A stretch of DNA of 64,000 nt from Geosiphon pyriformis uo1 (taxonomy: Eukaryota > Fungi > Glomeromycota), in contig JAAOMT010000129.1 in the NCBI GenBank assembly GCA_016748015.1, positions 933,965 to 997,964 on the forward strand. The letters are read 5' to 3'. Of this stretch, positions 52,900-64,000 are shown in pieces. The position numbers were made by a program, and so were the translations under genes. The notes below the pieces were generated by a model. The model was not told the DNA's origin. It saw only the letters and a program-made list of their open reading frames with translations, and ran no database searches. Within the stretch, counting starts at the first letter, position 1, and every line of letters starts with the position of its first letter.

Positions 52900-54350
52900 A
52901 TATTTATTCTTGACTTTTAAATCAATCGCAGCAGTCTACCTTCCTAAACAGATGGGGCAGATCTTTCAAACCCAGGTTTAAATTTTCAGAGCTATCGTAA
53001 AACAGATATGGGACATGACATAAAATTGACGTATTCTTTAGCTATTATTGTTATATGGCGTGCCGCAAGGATTGTAACGTCTTTATCGGCCAAACAAGCT
53101 TGTGGTTTTTTGCAAATTTTCCGTTCATTTAGGTGCCGCAGTTCATTCGTTCTTGTGGATGAATCATGAGTATATTACAAAGCGTGACTTGAGCGAATTA
53201 TTCTCATTCTGCGCATGGTCATTCAGTTCAGTAAGAACCGTACGAGATTTCTCGGGGCTTCCCCCAGTACTCGTTGCCTTGCCCACTTTAATGGGTTACA
53301 GCACAAGAACTATTCCAGACTCTCCAAGTTAGTAGCGAGAGCGTTTCTTTTTTTCGCCCCTTTTTTTGGATTTCCCATCCATTATTAACACACTTTATTA
53401 CTTGTAGAAACTCAGCCTTCAACAGTACGTCCAGGCTGTCAAGGTCATGACCAACCATTAACTCATCTTGTCCCCTTGATTCTTCTTGTTTCAACTAAAG
53501 TTACTGAAGCTTCACTTAACGACATGCATCGAGAAACTTATCAAGCCAAATGATGCCATCTTCAGGCTTGGAGAATGCCTGCGTGTTATTCAAAGGGCAC
53601 TCCAGGCCATGTCTAAGGAAGACAGCGATCATCCACTTGCTGGTTTAAAGGGGGTAAAATATACAGTGACTTTCTCTATAAAGGCCGGATTCTGAATTGA
53701 AAATCCACTACCGACTGATTCGTTTTTCCGATTTCTCGCCACATGATAATCAGGTCGCTAATAAAAAAAATTCAATATCTAGTATATACCTAATCTTTTG
53801 ATCTGATTTTCCGTCCATTAGCTCCAGAAAGATTTAATGGTTTCCCATTGAGCCTGACGCTTGTAAAAAAAAAAAGTAGAAATGAATTATCGAGAACTTG
53901 ATGCGTTTACTATAACTTGTTTCAACATAAAGCAAATTGAGTCATTAGGAACTGCGAATGAACGAGTTATTCTTGGCATTGAGACGAGTTGTCTCTGGCC
54001 TTCACACAGATTTAAAAAGAAGCCCACCGGAGGAAGTTTCATAACTAGTCTCCATACCTAACCTAACTGTTTTGACAGCGTCCAACTTCTTTTCTATTCC
54101 CTTGCTACTCCTTGCTTTTTTAACTTAAATACTTACCTTTAACTCACCATCTTTGTTGAGTCGACTTAAAGGCTTGAAAATTAGGCAAACTCAAAGATTG
54201 TCTGTGTCCGACACCGATCACGCAGTTTATGTACCAGGTTATTCACTATAATAAGTCAAATTTTCCAGTAGAATCTCTCCCTAACGAAATATCTGCGCTC
54301 TCTTATCATGCCGCTGCAAAACTTAAATGATTACATTGGGTAAGTAATAC
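52900..54350 (-). pseudogene. Possible decayed intron-containing gene or lncRNA
   Basis: Gene-like GC and CpG content; minus-strand donor-like (GTGAGT, GTAAGT) and branch (TACTAAC) motifs; stops in all frames. Confidence 0.3.
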
Positions 54351-54719
54351 TTTAATTAACCGCAGTCAAATTTTACAATAATATTTTTGGAACTATAGGG
54401 CTCTGTGACTTTACAGTCTAATTAAGAATATTTGATATAAATCATGGATCTTTTAAATTATATAGCTCTCCCTTTAATTACTGAGGTTTCACAATCTCCC
54501 TTTTAACCAAGGCAAGAACACTAGTTTTTTTTGAAAGACTATGAGGCGTGCTGCAACAAAAACCAGACAAAGTGAACAAAAAAGTTTTTGGGTGGCTGGA
54601 ATGGGGCTATCATGTCTTTTTATGTTGGCTCGAATGTTTTTTCCTCCTTAGCATTCAAAATACCATCGCTGTTATCCTCGCTGTTGCTAATACTGTTGGA
54701 ATTAATTTTTCAATTATTA

Positions 54720-55745
54720 ATTGTAATATTGAAAAATAAAAACAATATTTTGTAATATTATTTTTTAAGTAAATAAGAGCATGTATTAAAACATAATTTG
54801 GTTTGCTTTTTTAACAAATAATGATTAATCAAAAACAATCATTAAACAATACAATTAAATATTAATTTGTATTTATTTTAATAAATATATTATTACTGTC
54901 GTTATTTAAATTGAAAAAAATACTATTGTTTACAGGTAAATTAAAGCTAATTGTTTTTGTTAAAATTAATAAAATAAAACTGGTAAAAAAGTTAATAATA
55001 AAAAATCAAAGCTTTATTTCTAAAAAAAAGTTTTAAAAAACACAAAACTTGTTTTATAAAATATAAATAATTATAATTATAAAAATATTAAAGTTGATTT
55101 TAATTTATTATTTAGAAAAAATTTTGATTAAAAAAAAAGATAAATACTTTTAAATTTATACTATTTAAAAAAACACTTTTTTAATATTTTATTTAACTGT
55201 TTTTACTATTAAAATTTTTTTTAATTTTTTTTTTTTGGTTATATTAAGAAAAATAGTTTTTTTTTTTTTTTTTGGTTATAAACATAAAATTTTTAAGATT
55301 CAAATTATAAATAATTTTTATTATAAATTTTTAATTATAATTAATTATAATTATTAATATATTATTTTCAAATTTCAAATTGTTTATATTTAAATTAATT
55401 ATTTATTTTTGAATTTACTAAAAATTTGTTATGTTTATTAATCAATAAATAATTATTACTAAAATAATTACATAAAAAATTATGTTTACATAAAAATAAT
55501 AAAATAATTTTTTTTGACATTATATAAAACCAATTATCAAAGTTGTTAAAAATATTAAAAACTTATGCATAAAAATTAAAAGATAAAAAGCTATACTTTA
55601 AACTAATAAATTATTTTTTGCTAAAACATAATATAAATAAAAAATTGAATGTTGAAATAGATGACCGGATTATTTTCGTTATGACTAATTATTTATTCAC
55701 TTTGTCTGGTTTTGTTGGCATATAATATTTTTTTTAAAAAAAATA
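54720..55745. other. AT-only eroded repeat relic between genes
   Basis: Near absence of G/C; a similar island lies at ~48050-48500. Confidence 0.55.
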
Positions 55746-56092
55746 AAGGAATTGCATTTGTAAGTAGAGTTCAGAGATAATGATATATTAATAAGCATGT
55801 TATGCAAAATGAATCAATCTTTCCATTCCACTTTTGAAATTGTGGAGTTACAGTAGAGGCGTAGTAGGTATTTAAATGATTAGGTAATTGATTGGTTTAA
55901 AAAAAGCCAAACAAACAGACCACCTCTAACTTTCGTCTTCCTGTTGTTAATAAATTCACCTTTCGCGTTGTTTCAAGCAATTACCTCTTTGCAATACCGT
56001 CAGATATTCAAGAAGATTAAAACTTTATAAACACATCGGCGCGTCAAAGTCTGTATTGCAAACTCTCAAGCAACATATTCAAATAATATTAC

Positions 56093-59000
56093 ATGTTTGG
56101 TTCCGGGGCGTTCGGAGGCTTCGGCCAGCAAAATCCATCACAAAACCAGCAGCCAGGACAGAACTCACAGTTACCTCAGTTGCAAGTAACACCACCGGCA
56201 CAAGGAATGTTTGGGGCTGCCACTAACACTGGCTTTGGTAAGTACTTTAAAGGCGATCACGGCCTAGAAAAGATCGAGAAACCGGGTCAAAGCAGAAAAC
56301 CCAAAATTTCATTCCAGGATCTTCTATTTATTGATCTTTTGATATTTAACAAAGGAACCTTTGGTGCGCCTGCCGCATCAAGCGCGACAGGAGGGTTTGG
56401 AGGGTTTGGGGCGGCCGCGGGGGCAAATACTGCCGCACAGCCTTTTGGATTTGTCACTGGTTCGTGATATTTCTCTTTCATCCATTTTGTAGTTCTGAAC
56501 AATTCATAGGTTTGACCTTGATTCATTTTAGGAACTAATACTGCACCTCCCAGCAGTGGTGGATTGTTTGGCGTCCAAAACAGTTCGTTTGGTAAGGATG
56601 GTTTCCGTCTACGGAAATCTTATTGGATAATAAATTTAGCGAGAAATATTGAAAGACATCTATTTATGTATTTTAGTTGTGTCGAAAAAATTCTCAGTTT
56701 TTGTCTTGAAATATTTTTAGGTTTGGGAGGTACCCAAGCAACTTCTGTGGTTCCTGAAAGAGGTACTGCCGCTCCTCCATATACTTCAACAAGTGAAAAA
56801 GATCAGACGGCTGGATTAACGAATCATTTCCATAGCATAAGTGCAATGCCTGCTTACAAAAATTTTTCATTTGAGGTAAAAGTTGATTTAAATCAATATT
56901 CATTATTCTAAGCACTTTTAAAAACTCGTTCATTGCATTTATATCATACTAATAGGAACTTCGATTGAAAGATTATGAGCTCGGTCGTAAACCCGGTTCC
57001 ACAACCGCCACTACTAGTGCTACTTTACTTGGGGCTGGAGTAGGATCAAATTTTGGTGCAACAAATCAAAATGCTACAGCATTTGGCGCCGCAAGTAACC
57101 CGTCTAGTGCATTCGGTGCTTCTAGTAATACGCCATTTGGAGCAGGAACTAGTTTTGGCTTGTCCAGTAATACAACCAGTTTTGGAGCAACTAAACCAAC
57201 CATTTCGACCGGATTTGGTGGATTTGGTAGTAATACTAATACTGCGTTTGGCTCAAACGCAGCTACTCCCACTGTCGGCGGGGGTTTATTTGCGGCCCAA
57301 TCAAAACCTGCATTTGGAGCTGGTTTTGGAACAGGACCTGGAATTAGTAGTGGACTTACCGGAGGGCTTGGTAGCACTAATGCTCTGGGTGGAGGAGGGA
57401 GTACGTATTTTAAAATAATAAAATCTATTCAGGCACAACCATCACAGACAGAAATTTAGTTGTTTTAAATTTATAGGTAACTTCTTTGGTGGATCGGGTA
57501 ATACAGGAACTTCGATGTTTGGAGCTAAGCCTACCGTTGCTACTACAGCACCTTTTGGCCAGTCTGCATCAAATCAAACTGCTGGTTTCGTAAACACTAA
57601 TACTTTTGGTTTTGGTAGTGTATAAGGGTTTAAAATTTTTTTAACAAATCTGATCAATATTCCATTTCTAATTATTTTCATTTCTTTATAGGAAATACAA
57701 CTAAACCCACTGCTCCAACTGGAGGGTTGTTTTCCGTAAATACTACTCCCGCGGCCTCTGGCAATGTCTTTGGTGGATTAAGTAATAATTTTAACTGATT
57801 ATTTCATACTTATGCTCAATCTAATGTTATTAATATTTTCATATTATTTTCTTTCATAGGCTCATCTCAATCGAATACTGGAGCAAGTGGATTTGGAGCA
57901 TTTAATAACACTAATGCCACCAAACCGTCCGGATTTGGTCTTGGCACTCAGAGCTGTGAGTTTTTCGGCTATTCTTTAGTCATAAACCAATTTTACATTT
58001 TAGTCTTATGTTCTTTCCTTATTTACAGCTACGACCAACGCTTTTGCACCGGCACCAAGTTCATCTTCATTGTTTGCCAATCTAGGGACACCTCAAACTT
58101 CTAGTGGTTCAAGTACTTTCAATTTTAACAAACCGACTACAACTCCTTCTACATTCAATCTTCAAACACCCTTAACTGGTACCACCAATGTCTCCAGCTT
58201 CACTCTTGGTTCCAACACAAATACCAATAGCCTAGGGAGTTACACTACAACATTAACAACTCAGCCTAATCAAACCAATATCGAACAAACTCCTTATGGA
58301 GTTATCCCAGCCTTAAACACCATCGCGCCCTCAACCACATCTTATCCTCAGACCATTTCTACTCCAACAAAATCTAATAGAAAAAAGCCCGTCACCCCCC
58401 ACTATAAATTAGCCCCTAAACCTAGTGTCCCGCTCAAAGCCCGAGTTCACTCCCCTGCTGTTCAAGGGTCTTTATCAACTGTAGATTTGAAAAACAAACC
58501 TTTACACATTTTCGATGGTCTGAGTAAGCCAGAAGCCTTAAGTCCTGATGCATTTTCTCGCAAATCTAGAGGTTTAGTAATTGATAGACCAGTTACCGAT
58601 ATTGGAGCAATGAATAGCTCTCGACCTTATACTAACGGATTTAAAGGAGAATCGATTTTCAAGATCGAACCAAAAACACCTGATAACCAGGTAGGTTCAT
58701 CAAAAGTGGGTTTTCAATCCTACCCCGTTGAATCGACTACATTTGGTGGAATCCTAAATGATTTGGATCAAGACATAGCCACACCTACAAAGTCTCCGAA
58801 TCCATTTAAAACACCAATATTTACTCCGGTAAAAACACCAACACCCAAAATATCATCATCTCAGACAATCGCCCAATTATTGGAAGATTCTGAGACTGGT
58901 TCACCTTCACCAAAAGCCACCCCTAAAACCAATGGCACATCTAACCAAAACGGAGATTCAGGTTTATCGAATACCGATGGCTATTGGATAAGTCCACCGT

Positions 59001-62000
59001 TGGAAGAACTAAAATCGATGGATGAAAAGGAAATAAAAAAAGTTACCAATTTCCAAGTAGGCCGAACTGGTTATGGGCAAATTTCTTTTGATGATGGAGT
59101 AGATCTTTCTTCGGTACCACTTGACCAAATTGCAGGAAAAATAGTCCAGTTTGACACGCGGACTTGCATTGTTTATCCTGACGAGAATTTCGTTCCAAAA
59201 CCTCCAGTCGGCGAGGGACTTAACCGTCCAGCCAGAATTACACTTCAAAAGTGCTGGGCTTTAGACAAAAGCACGCGGCAACCGATTAAGGATCCAAATG
59301 ATAAAAGATACAGACAAAGAATTCAACGTCTTCAAGAGACGCCAGAGACGGACTTTATTGATTTCTATGCAGAAACTGGCTCTTGGATTTTCCATGTGAA
59401 TCATTTCAGCAAATATGGCCTGGAGTTGGAATCTGAGGAAGATGAGTTTGAAGAACGGGATCTCATACAACCTAAGCCTCACCTCCTAGCATTTGTTGTG
59501 GCAAAAGGAAAGAATGATGAAAATGCTAGTGGCACTCATAAACCATCACCAGCTCAAGTTATCCCAAAGAAAACTGCACCCTCCAAAGGATTAGCCGAAA
59601 GTCTTCGATTAGATCCCAATTCTGTTTACGAAATGACTGCTGCCCTTTTTCGTTCTACTGATCAAGCACCGCGTGCACTCGACCCAGTCGCGTCAAGTAG
59701 GCCGAGTCCTTATACGATCGGCAAAAGAAATATGTCGATGGATATGGAAATCGAAACCGAAAATGAATTATCACTTCCGAGTCCTGAGGCCGAGGTGAGT
59801 CGGCTCGATTAGGCGTGGAAAGATTCAAAATAATGGCGTCGCAAAGTTTGACTACAGTAAAAATACTAGGATTTTTTATCCCAATTCATGAGGGGCGATT
59901 ATTGAAAAATCAATCTGATATCATTGATCTCATACGATAGCATCATGTGATTTTATTCATTCAACCTTTATTTCTTTCACATGCTTTCAGTCTTATTTGT
60001 TCCTGATTAATATCGAAAACTCCGATATTACACGTTAGCTTCTTTGTCATTCAATATTTTATATAATATAGTTTTACCCTTGAAATAAATATATTCCCTC
60101 TAGTTGTTTTTCTCATTTGTTAACATCCTATATACTCCTGTATATATATCGAAATAAATTCATGTTTATTCCCTCGAATAATTATCTAAAATGGAATTAT
60201 GAGCAGTGTTCGATCGATGCATTAGGAAGCTTCAACTGACCTCATCATACTAAAATTAATAATATTTGTTTGTTTGTTTTTCACATACTCGTCATTACAT
60301 GAATTAGCTTCGTCCATCTTTTTCCATAATTTCTCCGCCGCTTCCTCAGTTACAATTTGTTCGTCGGGGTAGACCGAATAAGTTTAGGCGTATAAGTTAT
60401 TCGAAGTCGATACCGTATCAAAAAGATGGGTACTTGCAAGATGCTGGACTTGCAATGTCAAGATCTTTCCGAGTTGGATGGGGACCTAATGGGACTTTAG
60501 TACATTGTGGGAAAGTTTGCGGTATTAAAGAAATTTGGTATGTGTTCCATTTGTTCCGCTGGCAAAATTTTCTGTTCTAAATGTTTGGCTCTTGAGTTTT
60601 TTAGGACGGATCAAACTTCTGAAACTGAAAGTGGTCTGCCAACTACTATTTATTGCGAAAGGCTAAAAATTTTTGCTGATCCCAACGAAGTAAGTGAATC
60701 AACCAAGCTGTATTAAATTCTGCCCAGGCTCTTGGTAACCTCTTTATCTTTAGGACCACGAAAGAGTCCGACACATAAAAATTTTAAAGGCCCTTTTGCA
60801 ACACTCCGAGATTGTGCTGGATAGTGAAGGAATCCCTTTGGCTCTCACTTCATCTAAATTGACACATTCGGTATTTGCAGAGGTAGCAAATCATAGTATG
60901 TTTACCGATCACGAAAGATCAATATGGAAGCTGGGACACATATTATGGGATGAACAAGATATTCCTGGCTTAGAGAAGCAAAGGGGAGATCGTCAAGAAG
61001 AAATCAAAGAAGAAACGCGAAAACTCAACATATCAAATTGGCTTCAAAAGAATGTTAAAAAGAAAGCTGAAAACCATCTTAATGCATGTATTTCCAAAAA
61101 AGATAATCTTGGGACAATTATCTCATATCTTAGTGAGCACGAAATTGGCAAAGCTACTCTCAACGCTATACAAAACCGGGACTTTCGACTTGCAACTTTG
61201 ATCCCACAACTTGCGGGATGTGATACAAAATTTAGGGATCTTATTCAAACACAAATTCAACACTGGGAAACTACAAACGCAGCAAGATTTATACCTGACG
61301 AGCATTGGAAGATATATCAGATTTTGGCTGGAAATGTTAAAGAGATCAACAAGGTGGAAATGCTTGATTGGAAAAGATCTCTTGCCATGCATGTATGGTA
61401 TGGGGTGCCTTTAGAAGCCAGATTTAGCGAATCTTTTGAACAATATGAGGATTCACTCAAGGATAATTCACTACCAAATGAGCCAAAAGTTTCTCCACCC
61501 ACCCCATGGTATTTTGAAGAACCGAGGAAGGGACTTCGGCAATGGAAGTATCCGGATATGAATGACTCCGAGCAGTCTGATGTTTTATTTCATCTTCTCA
61601 AGTGTTGGGTTAATCCTGGACACGAATTGAAAAACATTTTAAATCCGAGATCGATTTCCCCATCACCTTTGGATTTTCGGGTGTCGTTCTTGCTTTATAT
61701 GTTGACACGTTCAACCATTTCTGAAATTGATGAACATTGCTTTGAACAAGTTACCCAAAGCTTTATGTTTCAACTGGAGCGTTTGGGGTTATGGCAATGG
61801 GCTATATTTGTTGCCTTACATTTTAAAGAAGGAAAGATGTAAGTAAAGCATTATTGATAGATGCGCCTCTTTAATTATCTTTACTCAAGATTTTTTAATT
61901 TTTTAGTCGAGCACATGCCATTAAAGAATTATTGACGCGTTATTTGCCCTTCATACCTGAATATCCGAAAGATATAGATAATTCGGTTGACAATATTCAA

Positions 62001-62655
62001 CAATTCTTGATTGAAAGTTTAAAGGTGAAACCAGTCCACATCGCTGAAGCTAAGGTAGGTGTTTTTTTACAATTGGGTTTTCCTTTTTTGGTAATTAACT
62101 TCTTGAATAAATAGTCGGTGGCAGCCAAATATAATGAAGATATATACATGGAGGCTAGAAACTATTTAGAAGCTGAACAACACAGCGTTGGACACGACTT
62201 AATCATTAAAGAAATTGCACCAAAGGCCATTTTGCTCGAAAAATATGGGGACTTGTGTTCTCTACTTGAAAGAGTAGATTCTGCTCGGGTACCGAGTTGG
62301 AGATTAGGTGGAGGGGTAAGTTTTTCTCATCATAGTCTGATAGAAATTGCTTCGTTTTAATTGAGATTCATTATAAGCTTTAATATTTTAATTTGCATAG
62401 CTATACCTCAACATTGTTGAATTGCTCATTAAACAAAGTCAGTTTAAAGAAATCCCAGAAGAAAGGAAGGGTCCTGATGAACAAAGGGATCTCCAAAGGT
62501 TATGTCAGGAGGTTTTGACCACCCTTGAGAAAGTTGTACCTGTGAATCCTATGCAAGAGCGTTGTTTCGCTTTTGTTGAGACTCGAGCAAAAGACTTGCT
62601 GAAATTTCTCGTAGGGGAACGGCCAAATTCGATGGAATTTCTCCCTGATGAATAA
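56093..62655 (+). CDS. NUP98: Nuclear pore protein Nup98-Nup96 precursor (Nup145/Nup189 orthologue), multi-exon
   Basis: FG/GLFG repeats; GLEBS motif GT..PY..EKD..SISAMPAYKNFSFE|ELRLKDY; autopeptidase domain GYWISPPLEEL..VGRTGYGQI..KPPVGEGLNRPARITL..GSWIFHVNHF/SKYGL (cleavage between 59407 and 59408); Nup96 SRSFRVGWGPNG, DFRLATL, LDWKR, GLWQWAIFVALH. Confidence 0.97.
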
Positions 62656-63629
62656 TTTTCATCAAAACACGAGACGGAAAAAGATGACAATATTTGAGCG
62701 CTATTAAACAAGGGAATTATTTACTGACCTCCATTTATGACCAAAAAAGAATAAAATATTACTAGGATTTTTAAATGGGCGAATTTTCATGCACTAATTT
62801 CTGATGGTACGTATGAAAACTTTGATCAATTAAAAGATGGCTTATTTTGCAAGTTGAACTGCAAGACGAGATTTTAATAGGGTATTGAACAAATTAGAAT
62901 TGTAAAGCGAGAAACTAAGATTGCAAAATGATATCACGTAATCGGTTAGATGAGGCGCGGCAGTTAATAGAATATGAAAACATCCGCAATTCAAGGTCAA
63001 TCACAAATTTCACGTTTCTAAATCATTCGTAAAAAATACTTGGAGTTGTATGTTAATCGATCCGAACAATGATAAATTCAACTTTTATATTATAATCCAA
63101 TAATGATTATTCTCAAAAATATAACTTTTGTAACATTCACGTGATCGGCGCAGCCTGTAAACCCAATACACAAATCCCAAATCTCAAAAAGCCCAGGATG
63201 ATGTCATAGTTAGGGATAAGGAAAAAATCAAACAACCCATTCATTGAGAGGCTAGGAAATATAAAAATATAGCAATAATTATGCAAGTTTAACTAAAGAT
63301 GTAAACATGACAAAAAAAAATCAAGAAAATGGAATGAGATGCTAGAATAGTATTGCATTATGTGATGTTTGTGTGAGTTTTTGGGAAAAAAAGAGGTAGG
63401 AACACAAATGCTAATAAAAAAAAAGGGAGGAAAAGACTTTGTACAAGGAAAAAATATTTTTTGCTGGCATGGGATATTATAAAATGGAAGCGATTATAGT
63501 GAATTTTTGGCATTAATTTTGGGGCTTGAAACTGCCTTCAACATGGGTAGGATAGCCAACCCGATATTTCTCCATTTTTTAAAATTCCCATCAATGAATC
63601 AACATACGTGCCTTTTAGGAACCAAATTC

Positions 63630-64000
63630 TCAAGATGGACTAGTCTTGCCATATTTAGCCAATAACTCTTCTCGCTTTTTCTCCCATCTTCGCCATTCGC
63701 CAGTACCAACGCTGTTTCCCTGAGAACCAACCGAGAAATCCTCTACTACAGCCGGAGGCGGATTATGCTCATTCTCCCAGAGCATAGATGGTCCACCGTA
63801 TCCATACATATATTCGTCATTCCGCCAATTTCGGCCATACTGCATGGCACTGTTTGTAGTGCCGCTACTCAAGGTACGGCCACGGCGTTCGAATGGTCGA
63901 TTACGATTATAATTGTAGAAAGATTGACGACGGAAATGATGTGTAGCAACAGATTCACCACCCAGCAAAGGATTTCTTTCTTCGTCGTTTCCAAGGTGAC
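63630..64000 (-). CDS. 3' end of an unidentified gene (partial), possibly the cytosolic tail of a membrane protein
   Basis: Open frame from window end to stop at 63630 (HLGNDEERNPLLGGES...YGKTSPS*), gene-like composition. Confidence 0.6.
   Translation of the reverse strand, partial: HLGNDEERNPLLGGESVATHHFRRQSFYNYNRNRPFERRGRTLSSGTTNSAMQYGRNWRNDEYMYGYGGPSMLWENEHNPPPAVVEDFSVGSQGNSVGTGEWRRWEKKREELLAKYGKTSPS

Noticed and set aside
59870-60250. Intronic snoRNA in the long NUP98 intron
   Set aside because: No convincing C box (RTGATGA) or recognisable rRNA guide; the alternative terminal exon explains the length better.

Overview
Eukaryotic, intron-rich, AT-rich fungal DNA. Gene and transposon style suggests an early-diverging Mucoromycota/Glomeromycotina fungus; this is inference. 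Bases 1-~43,250 are a transposon cluster in which everything is pseudogenised by pervasive C->T/G->A transitions, down to nearly GC-free relic tracts. It holds two related Ty3/Gypsy LTR retrotransposons nested one inside the other and inside a LINE, two full-length APE-RT-RNaseH LINEs, and several eroded LINE/LTR relics. Bases ~43,750-64,000 are gene-rich: a Hook-family dynein adaptor, an R3H-SUZ RNA-binding protein with a 57-Gln tract, an ORF-less CpG-retaining segment, Nup98-Nup96, and the 3' end of a minus-strand gene. The best candidate for an undescribed system is the Gypsy lineage. Its architecture is shared by two clearly diverged copies: gag-PR-[~200 aa multi-Cys domain]-dUTPase-RT-RNaseH-STOP, then a separately started integrase ORF, then a conserved ~220 aa ORF3 ending at the PPT. 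It sits in a genome that appears to apply RIP-like, context-promiscuous cytosine deamination to repeats. Other notable signals are a conserved structured LINE 3' RNA, an AUGA ORF1/ORF2 overlap in the LINEs, and a likely Nup98-only alternative terminal exon.
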